The notes beneath the pieces are model-generated. The model had not been told where the DNA came from, made no database searches, and was given only the letters and a program-made list of their open reading frames with translations. DNA of 64,000 nt, taken from the NCBI GenBank assembly GCA_963575745.1, contig CAUYUJ010000106.1, positions 1 to 64,000 of the forward strand, written 5' to 3'. Source of the DNA: Prorocentrum cordatum. Taxonomy: Eukaryota. Both the position numbers and the translations under genes were made by a program. Numbering within the stretch: position 1 is the first letter of the stretch; every line of letters begins with the position of its first letter. This document shows, in pieces, positions 14,464 to 25,530 of the stretch.

Positions 14464-15517
14464 AATCCCACACGCCCTCTGGGCGTAGGTGGTTTAGGGA
14501 GCTTCCTCTTCCCCTTCGGGGAGGGGTTAATCCCTCCTCCCACCCCCTCCCCCGGACCTGGACGGGGGAGTCCGCGACGCGTTGGAGCGTCCAATACGGC
14601 CTCGGCGAGGAAGCCAAAATCATTGGTTTCACTAAGGTTTTGGCCCCATGTTGGCCTCCTGAGGGGGGGGAGCTAATTGAGCCCCCCCCCTTATGTGATC
14701 GATCTCCTCCAAGATGGCCCCAAGAGGCGCCCAGGAGGCCCCAAGAGGCACTGCGATGGCCCCATGTGGCCCCAAGAAGCCCCAAGAGGCCCCCAGGATG
14801 CCCCCAAGAGGCTCCCAAGAGACCACCACGAGGCCCCAAGAGACCCCCCAGAGGCATCCAATACGCTCCAAGAGGCCTCAGCGAGAATGCCCAAATCACT
14901 GATTTTACTAAGGTTTTGGCCACATTTGGGCCTCCTGGGGGGGGGGGCACTGCTTCAGATGACTCCACGAGCGCCTGGGAGAGCCCAAGATGACCTCCAA
15001 GATGGCTCAAGATATCCCAAGATGCCTCAAGATGGCTCCCACGATGCTCCAAGAGGCCCCAAGACCGCTTCAAGACGACTCCAAGTGGCCAAAGAGCTCC
15101 CCTCCCCCAGTTGGCCCCGATTCTTCCAAAACCTCACGAAAATTCATGTTTTGGGCTTGCTCGCCTTTTCGCTTTCGATGGCCATCCGAGGCTTCAAGGT
15201 GACTCCAAGATGGCCCAAGAGGTCTCCAAGGGCGCTCCCAAGGCTCCCAAGAGCGCTTCAAGAGGGCCCCAAGAGGCGCCCAGGAGGCCCCAGGAGGCCC
15301 CAACAGGCGCCCCAGAGGCCTCCACGAGGCCCCCAAGAGACCCCCAAGAGGCCCAAGACGCTCTGAGAGGCGTCCGGGACCGCCAGGAGGCCCCCAAGAT
15401 GCTCCAAGAGGCCTCCACTGGGGTTCCTTCCTCTGTGTGCTGCCCACTTCCCTGATCGAGGCACTTCCTCTGGGCATCGTTTCTGGATGGGCTGGCGGGG
15501 TTGCGCGAAGCGTCTAG
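14464..15517. mobile_element. 1054-bp AAT-bounded non-autonomous insertion (or non-canonical intron) in the haloperoxidase CDS
   Basis: AAT at 14464-14466 and 15518-15520; precise removal gives TTC AAT T|CG GAC (F-N-S-D) in frame; interior is ccccaagagg-type low-complexity repeat. Confidence 0.8.
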
Positions 15518-16129
15518 AATTGAACGACTGGATCTTGGCTGCGGCGCGCGCCCTGATCGCGGATGCGGATGCCGCGTCGCAGCCGTACGTCTCGGCCAAG
15601 AAGTCGGGCAACTTCGACTCCACGATTCTCCGCCCGAGCGCCAAACCAGCGCGGTTATCCGTCGCATAGTGCACGCCCGCGAAGGTGCGGAAGAACGCGA
15701 CAGAGAAGTCCAGGAGCCGCACCTCCTCGCGCTGCGCGGGGGTGAGGATGGCAACGACGTCCAACCACGAGGATATGCTGGAGGCGGCGGAATGCATGGC
15801 GGGCCAGGCCGGGTGCACAGGGCAGCCCTCGGTGTACGCGGTGAAGTCTTCGGCGCTGTTCAGAGGCTTGGCGGCCACGAAGTCGGCCATCATCTGCTTG
15901 GCGCGCATGGAGGCACCGGGAAGCTCGCCCTGGATGATTCCGTAAGCGACCTCCTCGGGTCGCGCGCGACCGACAGCCCACTTGCTCGCGAAGCAGGCGG
16001 GCGACACCTCGGCGATCGCCCAACCGATAATCCTTCCCAAAGCCACCGGGCCGTTAACAAACTCGACACGGCTTGCGCAGCTGGGCTGGTTGAAGATGTC
16101 CGGGTCCAGCGTCAGCGACATGCTCTGCA
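15518..16129 (-). CDS. Haloperoxidase-like gene, segment 2: catalytic half of domain 2
   Basis: KWAVGRARPEE, HPAWPAMHSAA and RTFAGVHYATD match the three PAP2/vanadium-haloperoxidase motifs; 612 bp, open. Confidence 0.88.
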
Positions 16130-17799
16130 AATTCGCCGGCCCAACGGGCCAGAGGAGTGCTAAGATCTCCGGCAACGGTTTAATAATATTCTACTTCGCG
16201 CGCGAGTGGCGGCCCCTTGGGGTCCCCGGACGAAAAGTACCCCGGCCGATCCCCGGCGGATCCCCGGGCGATCCCCTGCCAGGTCTCCCAGAAAGCTTCA
16301 GGGGAAGACAATTTTTCGACACCCCTCACGAGGATCGTGGCTTCCGAGGGGGGAGCCGCAATCGATCACCCCTCCTCTCGCCCCCGCGAGCTTCCCAAGA
16401 GGCTCCAGGGGCCCCCGAGACGCCGCCAAGGAGCTCCAAAAGGCCTCCAAACAGCTCCCAAGAGGCCCTTAAGAGCCCCACAAGAGGCTTCAAAGCCGCT
16501 CCCATGTGCTCCCAAGAGGCCCCATCCGCCCAAAAAAGCGTTTCTAAGAGGCTCCACCCGCTCCCCAGAGCCTCCCAAGAGGCTCCACGGGCCTTCAAAA
16601 CGCCGCCACGCAGCCTCAAAAACCCTAAAGAAGCCCCCAAGAGGTCCCCAAGACGCCCCCAAGAGGCCCCACAGGCTTCCAAGACGCTCCCGAGACGCCT
16701 GCCAAGATACTCCTGCGACGCCGAATTCACGTCGAGCCGAAACGGCGCACCGCCGAATCGTGAGCGAGAGTTCTTTTTGCTGCGGCCCCTCTTGCCCTGG
16801 CTTCATGAAGTCACACCCTCTCTACGCTCTACGCGTTCTCGCGCTCCCCTCAGTGGTTCCAGCGCCCCGCCGACGGATCAGCGACAGGCCCCCGATAGCG
16901 AGATCGCACGCTCCCTGGGCGGGGTGGGCGAGCGGAGGTCGACGCATCCCCGCCTGAGCCTAACTATCCCCCGCCTCTGCCATCGCTCGGACGACCCTTC
17001 CCCGGTGCACTGCTTGGTTTCGCGTGTGTCTTTCCTCAGGAGGATCTTCTGGAGGTGGCCTCGCCGCTCTTTCTGGGTAGGTCCCCCTCGGATTTTCCAG
17101 GGCGTCCGGACCTCAATCCTGGAATTGGTGGCAAAATGCCCACATCTCCGATCCTTAAGTCCCAAATTGAGAGTAACGAAACTGCCACATGGATATAGCC
17201 TGAAAAGGTCTCACATTTTCGACATCCGTGGACGGCGCACTCAAATGCGGCGCAGGTTTCCTGGAGCTGGCCTCGCCGAAGCAGAAGCACACGGCCGAGC
17301 GAGGCCGAGCCCCTCGACGTCGCCGCTGGCCGGTGCGCCTCCGGACCAGGGGCTCTCCAGCGTGCTCCGGGGGAGACGGGGGGCACGGGTCTTGCTAGCC
17401 ATCGCTCGGACGTCCACTCCCCGTCTACTCGTCGGCTTCGCGCGCTTACTCTTCGCAGAGTGGTCCAGGACACTCCTCGATGGCCCTCGTCGAGTAAAAA
17501 TGTACACGCCCGAGCGATGCCAAATGAGACCAAGATGGCGCCGCTCGCTTGCTGCCAACAAGGGGCTGCCGACTCCACACGCGCGTGCACACGCACACAC
17601 AAAAGCAGGCACAAGCAGCATTCACAGGCTTTTTGCGCCATTGGCCGAGTGACGTCACACCACGGCGAGAGCCGTAGAGTGGGCTACAAAAACTGGCCGA
17701 ACTCGAGCGCGCACACACAAGAAAGCACACTCACGAGCACACACACACACGACACACACACACACACACACACACGACACACACACACAACAACACACA

Positions 17800-17862
<63 letters not shown>

Positions 17863-18660
17863 TGGCGGCGCGCACAAGGGGGTGGAGGGAGGGGGGAGGG
17901 CTTCGTAGGAAGCTGTTTCTTAGAAGGCGCCGGCCTTATATCTACAGATCAGGCCCGCACCTTCTAAGAAGCAGGGGTGCTTCTAAGAAACCCTCCCCCC
18001 TCCCCCCCCCTCCGGGCGCCGCCCTCGAGGCTCCCCAGAGAGCCCCAAGGGCCGCAACGCCGACAACAGCCCTCCAAGATGGTTCAAGAGTGCTCCGAGA
18101 TGCCACGCGCTCGCTTCAAGACGTCCAAGATGGCTCCCAGACGCCCCAACAGGCCCCCAAGAGGCGTCCCAAGAGGGCATTAAGAGGACAAAATCGTGAG
18201 ATTCCTTTGGCAAAACGTATATTTTTAGCAGATTCGCCACTTGAGCTTTCGCAACGTCAAAAGCGGCCCAACAGGCCCCCAAGATCGCCCAAGACGGCCC
18301 AAAAGGCCCCCAAGAGAGCCCAATACCGCCCCAGAGGGCCCCAAGACGACCCAATAGGCCTCCAAGACAACCCAAGAGGCCCCCAAGACGGCTCCAAGAG
18401 GTGGTGCAGACGGGAGACCCGCACGGATATTTCGAGACCTCGGCCCCGAGAGGCCCCCAGGAGCGCCCAAGAGGCCCTCGAAAGGCTCCCAAGAGGCCCC
18501 AAGAGGCCCCCAAGAGGCCCTAAGATGCCCCTGCGAGGCCCTCAGGAGGCCCCCACGAGGCCCCCAAGCGGCCCCAGGAGGCCCCCAAATGCCCTCCCAA
18601 GCACGCAAGCAAGTGCCAGCGATGCTACAATATGGGCCGGCGGAATGAGCGAAGCGATTG
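16130..18660. mobile_element. 2531-bp AAT-bounded insertion (with nested repeats) in the haloperoxidase CDS
   Basis: AAT at 16130-16132 and 18661-18663; removal gives ATG GAT TAT T|TG CAG AGC ATG (MDYLQSM), collinear with domain-1 TSYLSSM; the 17400-17540 portion is homologous to 28459-28585. Confidence 0.82.
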
Positions 18661-20542
18661 AATAATCCATGACCTGCTCCGTCGGAAAGAACGGGGGGAA
18701 GTCAGCTCGGACGCGTTGGGCAGATTGCTCCATCGTATCTCCGTCGAAGAGTGGATGCACCGACATGATTTCTTCTGTTCTGCGGTTTTGAATCCTCAGA
18801 AGCTGGGCTGCCGCCACCTCCTCGAACTCCGCCCAAAATCTACTCTTGTCGGCGGCGTCTGCGTCGTCCGCGTGCGTCGGCTTGAATGCAACATTCGTGT
18901 CGAAACCCAAGTCGGCAGCGACTTGTGCAAATGAAACGTTCGCGCCCAAGTGGGACACAGCAGCCTGGACCTGGTCGTTACCGTGAAACCCGCGGACGCT
19001 GACGGCGGCGGTCTCCCTCAAGCTGTCGGAGGCTCCGCCGCTCCGCGGGTAACATGCGCCTTCAGCAGCTTTTTCAAAACGATACTCGGTGCACCCGTCG
19101 TTGCCCGCCAGCGCCCTCCGTTGGGCGGCTCGCGGGCTGCCGCGGGATCCTCCGGCCCGCAGCGCCACAGACGGCTTCGCAATAGCCGCAATCGTATCTG
19201 TGGAATACAAGGATGCTCCGCTCTGGCTCTTGGGCAGGACGCGATCCGCTTGTCGGCGTCGGAGTGAGGAGTAGTACGCGGAGGGGCGAATCCAATGGTC
19301 GGGCGTCCAAGTTGCCCAATCCAGAACCTCCATCGACGCGATCTTGGTCTGCACATGCGACCTGATCGTGGCCTTGCTGGCGGCGTCGCAACCGTACTTC
19401 TCCGAGAGGTAGTCCGGCAACTTCTCCCTCACGATCCTCTGGCCGAGCGCCAGGCCGGCACGGTTGTCAGAATCGTAGTGAACGCCTGCGAACGTGCGGA
19501 AGTAAGCAACAGAGTAATCCAGGAGTCGCACCTCATTACGCTGCGCTGGGGTCAGGAGGGCCACGACGTCGAGCCAAGTCGACAGAGAGGAGGCCGCCGA
19601 ATGCATAGCCGGCCAAGCTGGGTGCACGGGGCACCCTTCTGAATAGGCGGTAAAAGACTCGCGCGTAGTCAAGCCCATGCCGTCCACCATCGCCCTGACG
19701 TTGGCTGGGGCCTGGCTCAATCCCCCCTGGCTGAGGTTGTACGCAACCTCCTCGGGCCGCGCGCGGCCGACGTACCACTTGCACCCGAAGGCGGCGGGCG
19801 ACACCTCTGCGATCGCCCAACCGATAAGCCTCCCCAGAGCCACCGGGCCGTTCACAAACTCGACCGTGCTCGTGCAACTGGCCTGGCCGAAGATTTCCGG
19901 GTCCATTGTGAGCGCCATGCTGCTCAAATAGCTCGTGATCTGCTCCGTAGGAAACTGCGTGGGGAAGTCCGCACGGACGCGCTGGGCGGACTGCTCCATC
20001 GTGTCCCCGGCGAAGAGCGGATGCACGGACATGATATCCCGAGTGAGGGTCCCGTTCCTCCTCAGAAGTTGGGCCGTCACCACATCCTCGAACTCATTCC
20101 AGAAGCTGGCCTGGTCTGTTGCGTCCGCGTCGTCCGCATGCGTCGGCCTGTACGCGGCGTTCGTATCGAAGGCCAGATCCGCTGCAAGGTGGCCAAACGA
20201 AACGCTATCTCCCAAGTAGGACACTGCGCGCTGGACCTGGTCGTTTTCGAAGCCACGGACGCTGACGGCGGCGGTGTCAGCGAGGCTGTCAGAAGCTCCG
20301 CCATCCCTTGGATAGCACGCAGACGGGGCAGCCTTGGCGAATCGGAACGTGCTGCAACTGTCGGTGGCCTCCTGGCGCGAGGGAAGGAAAACCTGTAAAA
20401 GTTGAATGTCCTGCGCACTGACGTTGTCACCTTGCTGGGCGCGACTTTCCCACAGTACTTGGCCGCACACGTAACAAGTCAGCAAATTCTGGATAAGGAG
20501 TGCGCGGTGGCGTCCGTGCATGATGAAAAGCATGTGGGTCAT
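18661..20542 (-). CDS. Haloperoxidase-like gene, segment 1: leader, complete vanadium-haloperoxidase-like domain 1, linker, N-half of domain 2
   Basis: KWYVGRARPEE, HPAWPAMHSAA, RTFAGVHYDSD; internal repeat DSCSTFRFAKAA vs DGCTEYRFEKAA. Start codon uncertain; a possible acceptor TTTTACAG at 20393-20400 is an alternative. Confidence 0.88.
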
Positions 20543-20567
20543 CGTCGTGGTGTCGAACCGGAAGTGG

Positions 20568-20578
20568 CCTGAGCCAAA
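20568..20578 (-). other. Probable relic dinoflagellate spliced-leader fragment
   Basis: Minus strand CAG|TTTGGCTCAGG, 10/11 match to the SL 3' end TTTGGCTCAAG, 25 nt upstream of the ATG at 20542. Confidence 0.55.
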
Positions 20579-20959
20579 CTGATGCCCCCGAGTAACGCCA
20601 GCTTCGTGTTACCAAAGCCAGAATCTGCAGTAACGTACGCTTGGTGTGCCAAATACAAAATTGCGCGGCCAGGTTCGCGCTCCCGAGGCCAGAATCCCTC
20701 GTAACATACACATACACAAAATTCGCGCTCCCAAGGACAGAACCCAATTGAAATGCACTAGAATTGCGCCCCCGGAGCCAGATCCCGTCCTAATGTACGA
20801 CTGCGGCGTGCACGGCCGAGCGTACGAGTACGGCTACGTACGGCTACTAGTACGACTGCGGCGTGCACGGCCGAGCGTACGAGTGCAGCTACGTACGGCT
20901 ACTAGTACGCCCCGCGGTTGTACTAGTAGGAGGAAGTAGGCCTACTAGTACGACGACCG

Positions 20960-22620
20960 GGCTAAGCAAGCCTATTCTGAGTGTCCCAGGCATGCCCGCG
21001 CGCGTGCGATCGCCGCGCCTCGTCGCAGCAGGGCCTGTCGCGTCGGCGAAGAGGAATTGGCATGTTGGCTGGGGAAGCCCAAATGCAGAACTGGCGCGAA
21101 CAACTTCTGTTTTGAATTCAGCATGCGGCTTCCTGGTTGCAGCTGCGCTGCCCAACGGCCCGGGCGCGCCCGTTCGCGCATTCGCGCGTCCGCGCGCCGT
21201 GTCTGGTCATAGCAGGTTATGTTCTGTCGGAATAAAGAAAGCAGCATGTTGGCTAGGGAAGCCCATGGGAAGCCTTAGCGCGAAAAGCTTTGGTTTTGAC
21301 TTCAACATGCGGTTTCCTGCGCCAGACAACAATGTCCGAGAACTCGGGCATGCCCGTGCGCGTGCGCGCGCCGCGTCTTGCCACGTCAGGTTCTGTTTTG
21401 TCGGAATAGAGAAGTCGGCGCGTTGGCCGGGGAAAACCCAAGGCCAGACTTAGCTCGGAAAGCGCCGGGCTTGACCTCAACATGCGGTTTCCTTGATCGG
21501 ACTGCATTGTCGACCGGCCCGGGCATGCTTGCGCGAGCGCGTGCGCGCGTTTCGCGCCTGTGCATCCCAAGTTCTGTTTCTGGTCGAAGCTGAGGAGTCG
21601 GCATGCTGGCGGGGGAAATTCAGGGGACAACTTAGCGAGAACAACTTTGGTTTTGGCTTGAACGCGCAGTGTCACGGTTCGAGCCGCGTTGTCGCTTAAC
21701 CTGGGCATGCCCGCGCGCGGGCGCGCGCGCACGCGCTGTGTTTCTTGTCGCATCAGCTTCTGCGTGGTCGGAATAAAGGAATCGGCATGTTGGCCGGGGG
21801 CGCCCGAGTGACCCCTTAGCGCGAAATCGTGTTGTTTTGACTTCCACATGCATCTTGCCTGCTTCGCATCTTATTGTCGAACAGCCTGGGCATGCCCGCG
21901 CGCGCGCCGTGGCTCGTAATGGCAAAGTACTGTAACAATGAAGTTGAGAAGGCGACATGTGGGCTGGGGAAGACCATAGGAAGTCTTAGCGCCAAAAACT
22001 TTGGTTTGAGATTCAGCATGCGGTTTCCTCCGCCGAACCGCATTATCCAACAGCCTGGGCATGCTCGCGCGCGCGCCGTGTCTTGCAACGCCAGGGTCTG
22101 CATTGTCGGAATGAAGAGGTCGCCATGCTGGCCGGGGAAATCCAAGGGGAACCTTAGCGCGCAACGCCTCGGTTTTGACTCCAACATGCAGTGTCCTGGT
22201 TCGAACCGCATGGTCGAACGGCCTGGTTATGCCCGCGCGCGCGCATGCGCACGCGCGCCGCGTCTTACCGCATGCGCACGCGCGCCGTCGTGGGAATAAA
22301 GAAATCGGCGCGCTGGCTGGGGAACTTTCTCCAGGGGCGCCTCAGCGCAAACGCGTTTGGTGTTGACTTCAACTTGTCCTTTCTACATTGAATCGCATGT
22401 TCCAGCGGCCTGGGCAGACCCGCGAGCGCGCCGCGCTCCGTGCATTGTGACGGCGGGTTCTGCGTTATCGGCACAGAGATGTAGCCGTGCTGGGGTTGGA
22501 AGCCCAAGGGGCGCATTAGCGCTGGATGTTATGCCTGTGGCATCAACTTGAAAGTGCTCCCTTTCGAAGCGCACTTGCCGCGTCGCCAGGGCGCGCCAGC
22601 GCGCGCGTGCGCGCGGTTTC
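20960..22620 (+). repeat. Highly degenerate ~175-bp tandem repeat
   Basis: Recurring gggcatgcccgcgcg...gtcggaata...ggcatgttggccgggg...cttagcgcgaaa...ttttgacttcaacatgc; gggcatg-type starts near 20989, 21346, 21521, 21703, 21888 and 22057. Confidence 0.8.
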
Positions 22621-25530
22621 TTTTGGTTTCGCAGGAGTCGCTGCGCTGTCGGAATCAGGGGATATCAATTCTTCTCTGGTGAATGCATGCGCGGGGCGAG
22701 CGGGTGGGTGGGCGGGCGGGCTGGTCGCGGGGGAGGGAGGGGGGCCGCGGCGGTTCGGCGCGCAGGGTGTTTGATATTGACATAATTCGCAAGTTGTCAA
22801 TCTTTCCGCATGCGGGTTGCGCCCCTTCTGGCCGCGGCGTGACCGCGCGCGCGCATTCGCGACCCATGGCATCGCAAATGCGGGCTTGTTGCGGGCGCGA
22901 GGTTGCCCGCGCTTGCGCGAGAAACTCGGGAGAGGCGGGGGCGGGGGGGGCGGGGGCGCGGGGGGGGGACTCAGCGCAAATCGAAGAACGCCATGCTGAG
23001 TTCTGCGCGTTGGGCGTGCAAGTCGACGAGCTCCATTTCCGGTGCTCGCCACCGCGCGCGCGCGCCTTGTGCTCTGACATTGCGGGCGTTGCTCATTAGG
23101 AAAGTGTGACTTTGGCGCGGGCCGCTCGAGCGATGCGGTAGCTCCCGCCAATCGTTCGTTCTGTCAACGCGCGGGCCTCGCGCGCTGGCGACTTCGCCGA
23201 GTTCCCTCGGCGATCGCGCGCGCGTGCCTGGGCGCTCAGTGGCCTAGCAGGATGGCTTCTGCGCGTGGTGTCCTGAGAAGGTCGCTGTGTCGGCTTGGCC
23301 CTGCACGGTCGGCGCGCCAAGAATTCCGCGGTGGCGCCTGGGAAGTTTGTGAGACCCCAGCGCGCACCATATGCAGTTCTACTGGAAAGCGTGGCGTTCG
23401 CATGCATATCTCGCTGGCCAGCGCTAGGGATTACCCGCATGCGTGCGCGCCGTGCCTCGGCGCGGCACGTTTTGCATGGTCGGAATTGGAGCGTAACCAT
23501 GTCGGCCCCGGGAACCCGGGAGACCTATGGGCGCGCGCAACGCTAGCGCGTTGAACGCGCTGTGGGCGCACGGGCGTCGCCTGGGCGCTCGCGCGCGCGC
23601 GCTGTCTTGGCATGCTCGGATTTGCGCTGTCGGAATCTGACAGTCGCCATGCCGGTTTGGGTAACTGGCAACAACTCGCTGCGACAAGCCATTCGCGCCG
23701 CCTCATTGTAAGGGCACGTCCGCGAGCGCGGGCGCGCATGCGCATCATGTGTCTTGGCATGGTGAATTCTGTATTGTCGGGATACGAAAGTCGCCATGAT
23801 GGCTTGGAGAACTTGGACGATCGTGAAGCGCGCTCCGCTTGAATGATGCATTGCACATACGGTGACGATTGGAGCGCAGCGTAAGGCTCGCCTGCACGCG
23901 CATGCGCTCGCGCACTCTGTCGCGGCTGGCATGTCGGGTGCGCGCACTCACGCACGGAAGCGGCGCGCACCGCAAAGCTGCCACCGCCCCCGTGGGCGCA
24001 GCCGCCGCGGGCGCGCGCCATGGGGAAGCGCCCGCGCAGGGCTTCGGCCGCCGAGTCGGCGGCTTCGCCAGCACCGGAAGCGCCCGTGGTTGCGACGCCG
24101 GAGGCAGCCGCCTCGACGTCCTCGGCGGCGCCCGCAGCCGTGGCGGCGCCCGATGGGTCGGCGCGGCGGCGCCCTGGCGGGCGTGACGGGTACACCATCG
24201 CCAAGGAGGCCCTCGCGGTGCAGCGGGCCCGGGCAGCCGACGCCGAAGACTGGGCCACGGCCGCCGAGAACGGCGGAGGAGGCTGGACGGCGCGCCGCTG
24301 ACGCTGAGCAGCGTGCTCTGGTGGCCGAGGAGCGCGCCCCGTCCGCCGAGCGGCGCGCCTCGGCCGCCAAGGAGAAGGTGGCGTCCGCCGAGCTGCGGGT
24401 CGCGGCCGCGCTGTCACGCGCGGTGGCGGCCGAGCAGAACGCCGCGGGCGCCCGCAGTGCGGCCGCTGACCCGCGCGCGGAGGCCCCCATACATCACTGT
24501 CATCTTGTGCTACAGCTTCGCGACATCAGGCCACCAAAGCGGTTCTTGGCCGCGTACTCGGAAGGCGAACTCCGTGCGCGTGGCCGGTGGCCGCCAGCAT
24601 GAGGTCAGCAATTGATTTCAACGCACACGTCCCCGCCCCTGCCCCTGTCCTCGTGCTGCGGGAACTATGTGGTGCAAGCTCTGCGGCGCAAGCTACGTGG
24701 TGTAAGCTCTGTGGTGTAAGTGCCGTAGTGCAAAGCTTATCGAAGAAACTGCCCTGCGCAAACAAAGTGGTGCAAGCGTTGTGGTGCGAGCTATGTGATG
24801 CAATCGGCATGGTGTAATCTGTGTGGCGCAGGCTACATGTCGCAATTTACGTGGTGCAAGACTTGCGTCACCATCCCAGTGGCACAATCTGGGCGTGGCA
24901 AACAGTGTGGCGCAATCAATGCGGCGCAAACACATAGACCCCAAAGCCTTCTCCTTCCTCCCTCCCCCTCTTCCTCCTCCTCTTCCTTCTCCTCCTCCTC
25001 CTCCCCCTCCTCCTCCTCCTCCTCCTCCTCCTCCTCCTCTAGCCCACCAACATGTCATCTTCATCAAACTTCGTGGCCTTCCAATCCAGGGGACCTCCGC
25101 AAGACCGCGACCGCGGCAGGGACCCGCGCTTCCCAGGACCCGCTTGGCCTTCCAGGGAGGCCCGCTGGGCCACGGCAGGGTATTTCGGCACCATGTAATG
25201 CCTCAGGTTTCGTGCCCTTCGGGCGCACCCGGACTGGGTAGTCGAAGCGAATCTGGCGCCAGACGGCCGCAAACCATACACACGAAAGAAGATGGCGGGC
25301 AAGAAAACCATATTGAGAAGGTCAGCATCAGACTGGGCTGCGCCCGACTGGCGCCGGATTGGAATTCACAGGAGACTGATGCCGGATTGGCCCCGGCGCC
25401 TCAATCCAACCTGACCGGCTGACCTTCGACTACCCAGCCGGAGTGCAAAACTGCAAACCCGCACGGCGCTCCTCGTGGCCTGCCGGGGGCGCACGACGTG
25501 GGACCCCGCAGTGCAAACTTCGTTTTGAAC

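Larger units (their letters stand above)
8822..19259. repeat. Segmental duplication, copy 1
   Basis: Collinear near-identity with 53464-64000, from ccagggatggcgaggtctaatctgggtctgagtatg onward. Confidence 0.95.

Noticed and set aside
15982..18665. 556-aa and 401-aa plus-strand ORFs as a transposase of the insertion
   Set aside because: Low-complexity P/R/Q translations with no catalytic motifs; the frames are broken differently in the duplicate copy.
22776..22801. TTGACA-containing inverted repeat resembling a bacterial promoter/operator
   Set aside because: Single short match in eukaryotic repeat DNA with no associated gene.
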